Assembly (NCBI RefSeq): GCF_964355755.1
Contig: NC_092671.1
Location: forward strand, 18,476,001 to 18,540,000
DNA from: Antedon mediterranea
Lineage: Eukaryota > Animalia > Echinodermata
DNA length: 64,000 bases
Reading direction: 5' to 3'
Made by a program: the position numbers and the translations under genes. The notes under the pieces are model-generated. The model was not told where the DNA came from. It did not search any database and saw only the letters and a list, made by a program, of their open reading frames with translations. Below, piece after piece: positions 13,501-25,469 of the stretch (position 1 is the stretch's first letter; each line of letters starts with the position of its first letter).

Positions 13501-14584
13501 ATTCAATGTTTGATTTGCGGAGAAGCTAGCCTATCATATCAAGACGAGTTTTCATGTTCTTGGGAAAAATCCCATCAAATGTTTACCAGACTACTAGGCA
13601 TATAAAATAATTTCTAGCCTTCAGAAACTTTCATAAATGTACCCAAGTACACATTGTCTAAACGTAACATAGCGCAGGCGCATCATCTTAGTTGTTGAGT
13701 CTTTGAAATTCTGAAATATGAATATTAAAACAGTATACGAGTGAGTAGCCAATCGCATGCAGCTGAAACTAGTCAACCGGATAATCGTATGCACCAAGAA
13801 TTCTTGGTGTCAAACCACGTGACTTGTGCGTGTTTCCCCAGACGGAGTATCCAAAATCAAGTAGTATACGTATGAAACGCCATATGTGCCAAAATATTTA
13901 TCTTTTTACTAATATTAAGACAAAACTCCGTCTGGAACCCAGACTAGTTAGAGTTGAAACTCCGGTCTTCTTTCTCGACGTTGTCGTAACGCGCAAAAAT
14001 TAATAGAGGACTCCCCTGCCTCTAGCAGTAGGCTCACAGTGTAGGACACATGGGCCTAGGCATACTAATATCTCTATACTGATGGTTCTTCGTTTTCAGT
14101 AGGCCTATCCTAGTCCAAATAGCATTTTGAACTAGGCTGAAGACTTTGACCTACCTAATATCCCCGCGCCTACTTTCCGGAACATCATTTTATAGTAACT
14201 TTGGTAAGGCTAGGCCTAGCTTTGACCTCGCCGCGATGCAACAAAAATAAATGTAGTCAGCAGAATTTGCCATCAATTATGTGACGTCATGTGCTGTATC
14301 GCCATGATGATTGGTCAGTTCTTACGTTTTAGCGTTGCGATATCGCTAGAGTTGAACTGGATTCAACTCTTGCGATTGTCAACGATCGCGACTTGTAGCG
14401 TCGATTACCGTCGATTATTACACCTTTTCCTGTAAATCGCCGACATTTTGTATCGTCATCGTTAGTTAAAAAAGTCCCTTTTCCTGTAAATCGTTAACAT
14501 TTCTATGTTTACGTTGAAGATCGCCGATTTTTGTTAACGATAGCGTCGAATAACGTCGACAGGAAAACAGGCTTTACTGGACTA
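10593..14584. mobile_element. Non-autonomous Academ-type TIR element with long imperfect inverted repeats
   Basis: Termini TAGTCCAGTAAA / TTTACTGGACTA; 3-bp TSD TTT; ~10600-11400 is inverted at ~12150-12840. Confidence 0.8.
12850..14573. mobile_element. PIF/Harbinger-type non-autonomous element nested in the right TIR of the Academ element
   Basis: ~35-bp TIR AGCCTGTTTTCCTGTCGACGTTA(G/T)TCGACGCTATC; TTA TSD on both sides. Confidence 0.85.
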
Positions 14585-14683
14585 TTTGCTGTATACATTA
14601 TTTTGATCGATCATACGCCAATAAAAATCACGGCCATTTACTCAATCAATCATAGCTAAACGTCAATTTTTCTTGGTTTCCAG

Positions 14684-15340
14684 AATATGATGTTTATACT
14701 AGCGATGAAGTCACAATGTATGAAAATTACACTCAAAGTAACAATGGCGTTGGTAACGGCAATAACAACGGTAATAACGGCAATAATGGTAACGGAAACA
14801 ATGGTCGCGGCAATAACGGTAACAACATTGACGGAACTGAAAGCAGTACCGGTAATGTCAGTAACAACGGTACCGAAACAATGGTAGGCCTACAATCGTC
14901 GACCGGCAATCTTGAAACTCCGAATTGCACTTGGTACTGCAACTGCTCAATCGATATGCCTACTGTGCAGCCAAACACATCTCATGGCTGCAACTGCACG
15001 AACGACAAATGTGAAAATTGTCTGTGGAATGATTGTGATCGTACACGTACTAAGCCAGACTCTCGTGCGTGGACAAGACAAGGAGGTGGAGATGGTGGCA
15101 ACGGCACAGATGACGTTGGTAATCATATTAATGGTAACGAGGTGACTGGTGTTGATTACTTGATCAATGGTACCACTACAAGCACTGCAGTTCACGATAG
15201 CAGTACCAAGATGGCTGAACTTACAACAAGACATGCTGAGTATCAGACGGAAAGTAATGTACTAGAACAAAGCAGGAGTGATGCGAGTAATGTGTACACT
15301 GGTATTGCAGACACAACATCTGACTCAGTGAATAGTGAAG
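14684..15340 (+). CDS. Gene A exon 3: Gly/Asn repeat, 8-Cys knot and Ser/Thr-rich stalk
   Basis: ttccag acceptor; 657 nt, phase 1-1, in the frame of ORF 14716; donor GAAG|gtaagt. Confidence 0.85.
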
Positions 15341-15692
15341 GTAAGTACCTGTCTATCCTCGCATTTATTTTAATACAAAACAAAACAACTTAACAAACAC
15401 ATTATACATTACTTATAAATGTTGCTACACGCCTTCAATCATATATTTGATTTGTGGTCACATTACGCAAGCCTTAATTTGGTGATATAGTTTTAACGAT
15501 TACATGGGGGAAATTATAAATATTCCGCAAACTATGGGCCGTCAAAAAAAAATAAAATGCAATTCCCAGGAATCTAGTTCTTGTATATGTGTGGCTAAAT
15601 TCAGATCACCGCAATGTAATGTACAATTATAAAAGGAGAAACCTAAGGCTGCGTTGATTTTGTCCAGATCATCAGCGCAATTTTCCTTCTAA

Positions 15693-17388
15693 TACACCCA
15701 CCTCGATTCCGAATGTTACTGTGCAATATGTTAATGAGTTAAATGAATTTTATAACCGTTTTAATGTTCATGATTTTAAAAAAGAAAGAGAGGCTCTATT
15801 TAGCTTGTGTCGGGTGACTGAAGATGATCCCAAATTTAGTATAAGCATTTCTGATGTACATAACGAATTCATGAAACTCAATTCATCGAAGGCTGCTGGG
15901 CCGGATAGAATCCCACCACGAGTACTTAAGGTCTGCTCTCCTCACCTTGATGGTATATTTACATTTATTTTCAATATGTGTCTTTCTTATCATGCGTTCC
16001 CGGATATTTGGAAACTTTCATGCATAATACCGGTACCTAAGAAACCTAAGATTAACAGCATGAATGATTTGAGACCCGTTGCACTCACGTCTGTCGCGAT
16101 GAAAATATTGGAACGTATTGTTTTAAAAATTATGCAACCTTATGCTGAAAAAGTGTTAGACCCGTTGCATTTTGCTTACCGATCACTCCGTAGTACCAGT
16201 GATGCGATTTATTTTAAATTACATAAATTGTATTCACATCTAGATAATGTAAAGAAAGGCCACTCGGCACGTATTATGCATTTTGATTTTCAATCTGCGT
16301 TTAATACCATACAACCCCATATCTTAGCAGACAAAATGTTGAATATGGAGTTTCCCCGTCCGATTGTTCGTTTAGTTTTAAATTTCATTTGTGATAGAAA
16401 ACAATTTGTTAATATTAATGGTGTCAAGTCAGAAATCGTAACCTCTGACACCGGTGTTCCTCAGGGTACTGTCAACGCACCTAAATTATATTCCTTGTAT
16501 ACGGCCGATTACAGATCTTTAAATGATGAGCTTTGCCCCGTTGTTAAATTCGCTGATGACACTAGTACTATTGGTCTCATAGTTTCAAACAATGATGACA
16601 ATTATCGTAGCGAAATACAAAGATTTGTTAAATTTTGTGACGATAATTATCTCCAAATAAATGCATCAAAAACAAAGAAGATGATCATTGATTTTAGGAC
16701 TAAACATAAATTTAATTTTCAACCAATCACTATCAAAGGTAAAGAAATTGAAATTGTTGACCAGTACGTAAGTATCAAGGAATTGTTTTCAATGATAAAC
16801 TGAGTTGGGGAGACCATATAGACTTCATCAGCAAAAAATTAAGTCCCAGAATGTATTGTATGAGAACTTTATATAAATTTAACTCCTGTGATTTGATGTT
16901 ACTTTCGTTCTATATATCCGTTATATGTAGTGTTTGGACGTATTGCCTCTCCTGTTGGGCTGGTAATGTTACCGGAGGGAATAAAGGACGCCTTGAAACT
17001 TTCATCCGTCGGGCTAGTAAAATGATTGGTCTGGAACTGCCTTCCTTTACCGATGTGCACCTAGAACACCTCCAGAAAGATTTCGAACGCATTGAGTCGG
17101 ATGCCTCTCATCCTCTCCACAAAGTGATCATAGACCAACTTAATCCAAGTGGTAGATTGAGGCTCCTCAGTGTGAAAACAAATCGATTTGCTAAATCCTT
17201 TATTCCCTCCGGTATCATCCAGTACAACAGGAAGTCAAGAAGATAATCTTATATTGTAATTTTTTAGATGTTTTTATATGAATGGTTTTATGCTATATTT
17301 GTTTTTATAGTGTTTTCTTTGTTATTATGACGAGCAATGAATTTCCTTTTTGAGGATCAATAAAAGTTATCTTATCTTATCTTATCTT
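15693..17388 (+). mobile_element. 5'-truncated Rex1/L2-group LINE (RT) in intron 3 of gene A
   Basis: LRPVALTS, DFQSAFNTI, GVPQG, KFADD motifs; one frameshift near 16770; AATAAA followed by a (TTATC)n tail. Confidence 0.92.
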
Positions 17389-18535
17389 CTAAAAACAAAA
17401 TTACAATGCAATTTCTGGGGACCTGGGGTATATAATATTTCTAAAATTGTCTAACATCAGCCCCAACCAGAGGCTGAGGTGTAACAAGCTTTCATTACCT
17501 TCATTCCGTTGGTGCAGCTAGGTAGTTGGGCCACGGGAAGATGATTTTGGGCTGCGAGATAAAAAGTTTGCGGAACTAACTCTGCTCTATACTTTTAACC
17601 TTGTTTTTTTTCTCGATAAACTGACATCGAAAGATGGACAAGCGATGCTCTTGGAAGTAACGAACGTATTGCAGAGAGTACGTGTTAGGCATAGGCTAAA
17701 AACTCGCTTTCTTGAAATGTTCTTTTCTGTATTTGCCTTTTACCTAAAAACACTTCTGTTACGTAATTTGAATTCACTTTAAAAGTAATAATCTCCAGAC
17801 TCTTGATACGAGGAGAATCAGATTATTGTAAATCACGACGCGATGCGTCAGTTCAAATACATTAACATATGGTTCCCTATTAATTCTCGTATCCATGGTA
17901 TGGATATTAGAAATTCGAAAGAATTACAAGAAAGCCGACTTCTTCCTAAATATTACTTAACATAAGTTTCTAAATAATCTCTCACACTATATAAAGTATT
18001 AAATCATACATCGACATGCAAAGGCCATTGCCTAAACAATTCGTCTACACAGACCTACGTCTCACCTAATGCAAAATGATTCAATAGTAGCCAAATATAA
18101 ATAATGAATAATTCATGTGCCTGCATCGCTTACCTACGGACAGTATATTAGCTCCAAGCGCACAAACTGAACGATATGCCAAACGTGCGATTTCTTTCCT
18201 CACCAAACTTCCATGGTAATGATTCGCCTGTTTTTATGTTCGTCATTTTACTTTCGCGTGAATTTCTGTGCTGGGCAATTGTTTTTTTTTCTTTTAATTT
18301 GTTATCCTATTATATTACAATTATATTATTATAGTATTATGGTCCTTATTGGTATTTTTACAGGCCTATATGATAACGTTATATGTGTTATTATATAACA
18401 ACTAAATCAATTCCTGTCATTGGATTGGAAGATTGTGGGTGACATGCGTGCAATAGTACGCACTATTAAACGATCGTTTAATAGTACTTTTTTTCGTGTA
18501 CTAAAAAAAAAATCTTTTTGCGTTTGGAAAACGTT

Positions 18536-18655
18536 TTTAGTCGCGTGGACGCGACTCTATAGTTCACTATGTCGGTCGGTCGGTCTGTCGGTCTGTCTGT
18601 CTGTCCGGTATTACTATGCGTTTTAGCACGCGACTTATGGCTGTTGGCCTTGTTT
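18536..18655 (+). mobile_element. Short Helentron-associated (DINE-1/HINE-like) repeat; related copies at ~48560-48656, 57497-57600, 60575-60648 and 61100-61370
   Basis: TTTT-AGTCGCGTG..CGCGACT hairpin, (GTCG/GTCT)n microsatellite, CACGCGACT subTIR, GGCCTTG-TT end. Confidence 0.7.
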
Positions 18656-19134
18656 TTTATACTATTGCTTTTGAAATACAACAGCGCCACCTATTTTGTA
18701 CTTTCGCCGCGATTGAACATTTTTGGAGAGATATATGTACTAATTTAGATTAAAAAGGCATTCAAATTTGCTTTAGATTGTTTGTAGGATTTTGATTAAT
18801 TAATTGGAACACCTCAACAAGACGTAGAATCGTTAGAAAAAATATAATTAGCCTAAATGAGTTCCAATTGCCTGTCAACGTTTCGTATTTTGCTGCATTT
18901 CAGCCTAGAGTAGGCGTTTTAATCCTTGATAGGTCCATGATTGTTTGGTCGTTTGTTGACATAATTAACACTACAGTAGTAAATCCATATGAATATAATA
19001 TTTAATATAATATTATTAAAATCCAAATGTTACTGTTTTAATCAATGTGAATCAAATGTAGGCCTTGGCTAATTTCGTTCAATTAAATGCATTATTCTTT
19101 ATATAGGCTAATGTAACAATTTACTTTTTAATAG

Positions 19135-19268
19135 ATGACAGTCCATTCACGATGTCAGTTATGATTCTGATGGTTTCAACTGGCGCACTGGTCCTTGCCT
19201 TCGTCATTGGATGTATCTGTGCCGTAGCTGGATTACTATCTAAACCTAATAAAGTCAATCCTGAATAA
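19135..19268 (+). CDS. Gene A exon 4: transmembrane helix and short cytoplasmic tail, stop
   Basis: aatag acceptor; phase-1 continuation DDSPFTMSVMILMVSTGALVLAFVIGCICAVAGLLSKPNKVNPE*; resembles the last exon of gene B; too short for the ORF track. Confidence 0.85.
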
Positions 19269-19494
19269 AACAGCTAGAAGTTACTACTGTAAACCGGTTA
19301 CAATGATTATTTTGGAATTGAAGACATGTATGCTTATACAATTTACTGTTTATGTTTATACAAATCAATTGAATCATAATTTAAATAAATTATAGATTAT
19401 TGATCGTGCTATTTGAACGAGTTTAGACATTATAAGGCATAAGAAATAAGGAAATTGTGTAATTCAATTAAATCTAAGTATAGTATTATTCAAC

Positions 19495-20132
19495 ACTATA
19501 CTGCCCTACTTAGAAAAAAGGGCTTAACTACATTTGTTTTAGAAATTTAGATTTTTGTCTTATTTAACTCTTGAGGGTATACTCTATCACTTGAATTTAC
19601 CAGTTATCCCAAAATATGTCTATTACTAATAATTGGGGCTTATCTACAAACACCCATAGAAATAATCTGGCAAAAGGCCTCAACTACAGCAATTGACCAA
19701 TCAGATAACAGTATAATGAATATATAATGAGGCACATATATTATATGCTTTCAAGAGAAAAGCTTCTTTTATATATATTTTTTTAATTTTTTAAAAATTA
19801 CCTGATCTAAATTACATTTGTAATTTATTTGAACTAAATTTACTAAATGTTTTGGTAAATTTTGATCAAAAATTAAACAAAATAACTGCAAAACTGCCCT
19901 GTTTTCGAAGTATGTCCCGGCATTTTTAAGTACAAATAATTTCGAAAAATGGCCTTTATCTGCAATTTTAGCCCCCAAAATAAAAAAATATTTCTTAAAA
20001 GATACTTTTTAATGATGTACTTCTGAAATATATTAATTTGGAAATAAAATACGACACGAGCTTTTGTAAGGAAAATCAAAAACAAAAGTAAATTTTTGTA
20101 GATAAGCCCTTTTCTCAAAGTAGGGCATACTG
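19495..20132. mobile_element. TIR-bounded MITE
   Basis: TGCCCTACTTAGAAAAAAGGGCTTA vs TAAGCCCTTTTCTCAAAGTAGGGCA. Confidence 0.6.
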
Positions 20133-20655
20133 TAAAAGATATTGGCAGCCAAAGACTGAATAAAATCGCATGTTTACAGTAAACATTTATATCAATAAGA
20201 TATATCAAATTGACATCAAAAGGTACCGTATTGTAGACAAAAAATTCGGCCATTATATTATGGGATGGTAATGTATTAGAGAAATAATTACGTACAAATG
20301 TATTCTTTATTATGTTTATTACTGTATGCTTGAGGGACATTTGGAAGCTTTAACAGTAAAATCTTTGTATAATTTTATTTCTACACGAATTTTAAGCCGA
20401 ATAAGAAAAATAAGCATTGCCTAAGATGCATTTTGCAAACTCTTTCGGAATATACTTTCCGAGTTCCAAAGTGGATAAGCATATTCCAATCATGAACGGT
20501 TTTATACAATAATACCATGTTATAATCATTATCAAGTCCAGGGTCCCATAAATTTGACTTCAACATTGGTTATCAAGTATTGGTTATCAATAAAAATGTG
20601 GGGCAGTGGTAGCTTTGCTTTGCCAAAATACACTTATTATAACACGCCACTTTAA

Positions 20656-21140
20656 AGATGTATTTTCCCTTTGTCAAATTAAAAAAAAAATAAACAAATC
20701 CAAAAAAATTGGGTCATTTTGAAGTATCATAATAGTTATTAATTTTCACCAAAAATGAGTCGAAAAAATAACTTTGACTTCCAGTCAAAGTTTTCGATCA
20801 AAACATATCTCATAATGCGCAAGCTTATTTGGCTACTCTGTATGCATAATCATAAAACTTCCTCGCGATCTGTGTGAAAACACCTTCACATCCGTGACGA
20901 GTTGTAAACAATCCTAATTAGCATCATGCATAATGTATACTCATGGTTTGAAATCTTTGTTTACTTTCGCTCGGGACGATTATCCAGATGAAATGTTATC
21001 AAATTAATTTAGCTGTTAATTACGTAAAATTGTTGTTTTTGGCTTGAATTTTCGACTTAAAGTGAATAACTTTAATATTACTTTGATATGGCCATTTAAA
21101 TTTCATTTTTTGTGTTTCAAGGGACAATAGGCCTACATCT
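20656..21140. mobile_element. TTAA-flanked Kolobok-type MITE (inverse copy at 57687..58116)
   Basis: TTAA|AGATGTATT ... ACATCT|TTAA; internal sequence is the reverse complement of 57687..58116. Confidence 0.8.
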
Positions 21141-22064
21141 TTAAAATTTAATTTTAAGTTGTTTACTGCTACAATTATTATGGAGGTTCGTTATATTTAT
21201 TTGTTTTGTTTTTCTTTTTGTAGTTGTTTATCCTAATTGTCAAATCATTTACCGTGTTTCATTAGACGTGCTTCATATAGTTATATTTTCAATTGTTTTA
21301 TAATGAAATTTGAAATATGGAGTACGCACATAAGAAATTCTATGAAATTGTTTGTAAGCATAATTTATAGATAGATGCATTTTGTCTAAACAAAAATTTT
21401 TGAAAAGTGTCAATTATTTGAATTAGTAAATTATAGGAAAAAGTAGCAGTTCAATTTGGTATAATCGTGAAGCCAGGAGAAGATGTTGGTATGTAAATGA
21501 AAGTATGAATCGGCACGATTCTAAACTTTCTTCAAAACTTAGAAGAAAGCATACATATGGAATAGATGCTATACTGTACATTTTACTCAAACAAATATTT
21601 TCATCTCATGTAACTTATTAAATTGAATTTAAATTAAGTAAAAAAATATTTCATACACTTATTTTATTATATCTCCCCCACTGCTGCTTATACAGGGTAT
21701 TTTTATAACGCTTATAAATTATTCGCTCTTTGTATTACAATGAAGTTGAAATTGTTAGTTATAGCGTATAAACATGCTAAATAAAGATATGTTATTTTAT
21801 CAATAGTTCGAATAAGAAATTCCTGCGTTTATTTATGTTTAATGTATTATCCACCAGAGCATACGCTCGCTTCGGAAATCCTGTTAATGCAACAAAAAGA
21901 CACTAAAATAAATATTTACACATTACACATTTACATAATTTTAATTATTGTGGGGAATCATGTAAATTTTGTGTAGTGTTGTTTGTTATTTGTATTATAC
22001 ATAGGTTGTATAGCTTTTTCAGTCCAAAAAATATTTTCTGTTAAACATACCAACATATATATTA

Positions 22065-23938
22065 TACTCTAGTAGCTAGATCAATTTTCATATGCACTTT
22101 GAGGTCCAGAGAATTTGACTTCAGAAATTGGTTTAGGGTGGTCAAACAATCATTTTTGGCTTGGTTACACATTTTGAAAATGTGGCGAAAGGTCAAAAGG
22201 TCAGGGTGAAAGGTCATAAGACCAAACACCAATATGTCCTTAAATCTCAACAACCACTGGTCACAGCGAAGAAAATTTGGTCTCAAATTGATCAGAAGGT
22301 ATACATTATATATTCAGTCTAATGGGACATTTTAGTTAAAAATGATCGGAAATGACATTTCTGACCTTTGACCCACAACCCAGGGCATGTATTTATCTCC
22401 GTAACTACTGGTCGTAGACACTTGAATTTGGTTTTAAATTGTTTGAAATATATATTTTGTTATTTGTTACACATTTTGAAAAATGTTACAAAAGGTCAAA
22501 GGGTCAGGGTCAAGGGTTATATAAACAAATAAATAAAGGTACTTGTATCTCGGCAACTACTGGTCGCAGCAAGTCAATTTTGGTCTCAAAATGTTCAGAA
22601 GGCATGCATTTATATTCCGTCTAATGGGGTATTTTAATAAAAAATGATCAGAAATGCCATTTCTGACCTTTGACCCACATACCAGGGCATCTTAATATCT
22701 CTGTAAGTACTGGTCGTAGAAACTTAAATTTGGTATCAAATTGTTCGAAATATACATATTTACATTCATTGTAATAGAAAATGTGGTTAAAAGATGAACA
22801 GAAAATACTATTACTAATGTTTAAAACAAAAAACATATCTCTACACAATGCAATAACTGATACTTTAAATTGTTTCAATTTCAAGTACTAGTTATTGCTG
22901 TCCACGAGAACAATTTTGATATAAACGTCAAGCTCAACAGTCTTTTTTCAGAATGCTAGAACTTGCCATGTGTATCCGATTAAACACCCCGGGCATTTAT
23001 TGTTCAAAAGGCTTTTTAGGGGGAGGGGAGGCATCTTTATTTGGAGTATAATATGGTAGCATAATCAAATAAATACCACCTAGATGTAAAAAAAATACAG
23101 CACAATTAATTTCAAAAAATGATAAAATTATGTCAAAATGCTTGTAGATTATGGTAGTTAATGAAATGTGTTGTGATACAATTATTTTGTAAATGCATGT
23201 GGCGGAGCGTTTATTCCACATGATGTTCTATTGGAGGGAATGGTGGCGTTTATTTGAGGGAGGCTTTTATTCAAAGCGGGTGTTAATGCGAATAAATATT
23301 AATAATTATAATCGTTTCTCAACTGATAAAAGGTACTTTACATGATTCGTTTTCTGACTAAATTTGACTAAAATGTCCCATTAGATTGAATATGAAAGCA
23401 TGCCTTCTGAACATTTAGAGACTAAAATTGACTTGCTGCGACGAGTGGTTGCCGAGATACAAGTATCTATTTATATGTGTTCATATAACCTTTGACCCTG
23501 ACCCTTTGACCTTTTGTAACATTTTTAAAAATGTGCAGCAAATAACAAACTTTTTATTTCAAACAATTTAAGGCCAAATTCAAGTGTCTACAATCAGTAG
23601 TTACGGAGATACATACATGCCCTGGGGTGTGGGTCAAAGGTCAGAAATGGCATTTTCGGTCATTTTTGACTAAAATGTCCCATTAGACTGAATATAAATG
23701 TATACCTTCTGATCAATTTGAGACGAAAATTACCTCGCTGTGATCAGTGGTTGTCGAGATTTAAGGACTTATTGGTGTTTAGTTTGATAACCTTTCACCT
23801 GACCTTTTGACCTTTCGCCACATTTTCAAAATGTGTAACCAAGCCAATAATGATTGTTTGACCATCCTAAACCAATTTCTGAAGTCAAATTCTCTGGACC
23901 TCAAAGTGCATACGAAAGTTGATCTAGCTACTAGAGTA
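22065..23938. mobile_element. Foldback-like non-autonomous DNA element with ~570-bp TIRs (probably Academ-type)
   Basis: Termini TACTCTAGTAGCTAGATC / GATCTAGCTACTAGAGTA; TTA TSD; internal subrepeats. Confidence 0.85.
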
Positions 23939-24409
23939 TTATGCGTAGGCCTATGTATATATATTAGTATCCAAAATCTACCATGATTTGACTATTTTAA
24001 CTAATATTCTTAAATTCAAAGTGGCTGAAATTTGAAAACCTTTTCAATTATCTCTTTAACCACTATGTATTTTTTATAAGAATGTATTAAACACAAATAT
24101 ATACATATGTAAGTGTCTTCTTCATTTTGAAACTATACCAAACTATTTTTGCTATTTGTTGTGGCAAGTAATACGTCCTTTTGTTCTTGGATCAACCGAA
24201 ATGGTAAGAAATTTGTTCGCTCCAGAAACGTGATATACGGCAGGCACCATCTCTGAGACGGCATGGCGATAGTCTTGTCTATTTAACGGCACGTAACTCA
24301 TGTTGAACGTGGCAGAAATGCGTATCGCTCCTTCGCCCACAGGCAACAGGATAATTGTCGTACGTGTACACGATGAGTCGAAGGAGGAGTAAGGTCTGGC
24401 CACCACATA

Positions 24410-24749
24410 ATTCCTGTCCATTACCAAAACTTGACAGAACATGACAGTAGCCATCAGGGCAGTGACGAAAAAAAAGACTTTCAAGACCGCATGTGCATGA
24501 CAATATCAGTAAATGTAGTGCACAAAGGCAGATTTTGTATAATTGTTTCACATAAATAAAACGGATAACATATAGATTATATATATATATATGTAATGAA
24601 GGGCTAGTGTTGCCCGAAAGCTCTGCTAACTTTTCTGGCTATTTACTTTATCGTTTTGATTTAGCTTTTCGCTTTTTTTTTGTATCTCCATTGAGATCCA
24701 GCCACTGATACCCACAGCATTGTCATTTTTTTCAGTAATTTGCCTTTGG

Positions 24750-24809
<60 letters not shown>

Positions 24810-25062
24810 CATACTGTAAATTATAGAAACAGTGCTCATATTCGGAACATGATCTCATAATCGCGTCGAGCATAGCTCATTGGCGAAAGTTCCGTATTTT
24901 TTTTAGTTGTATGAATAAATGTCTTTAAAAAAATACGGAACTTTCGCCAATGAGCTATGCTCGACGCGATTATGAGATCATGTTCCGAATATGAGCACTG
25001 TTTCTATAATTTACAGTATGATTTATATATAATTTACACAGTGCTACGCAACATCATTGATT

Positions 25063-25126
<64 letters not shown>

Positions 25127-25466
25127 CCAAAGGCAAATTACTGAAAAAAATGACAATGCTGTGGGTATCAGTGGCTGGATCTCAATGGAGATACAAAAAA
25201 AAAGCGAAAAGCTAAATCAAAACGATAAAGTAAATAGCCAGAAAAGTTAGCAGAGCTTTCGGGCAACACTAGCCCTTCATTACATATATATATATATAAT
25301 CTATATGTTATCCGTTTTATTTATGTGAAACAATTATACAAAATCTGCCTTTGTGCACTACATTTACTGATATTGTCATGCGTATGCGGTCTTGAAAGTC
25401 TTTTTTTTCGTCACTGCCCTGATGGCTACTGTCATGTTCTGTCAAGTTTTGGTAATGGACAGGAAT
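24410..25466. repeat. ~1-kb near-perfect palindrome
   Basis: Arms of ~500 bp around a ~22-nt spacer at ~24904-24926; each arm has unique sequence, a partial pLTR, (TA)n and a SINE body. Confidence 0.92.
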
Positions 25467-25469
25467 GGA

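Noticed and set aside
17560-18200. Possible DIRS/tyrosine-recombinase remnant on the minus strand
   Set aside because: Only a faint LC..R.L-like motif among many stops; not supportable
19769-23221. Short hydrophobic ORFs
   Set aside because: Lie in AT-rich MITE or intergenic DNA and lack splice signals and motifs
24152-24484. Secreted protein MKVFFFVTALM...
   Set aside because: Starts at TTG rather than ATG, overlaps a competing frame, and has no splice or homology support
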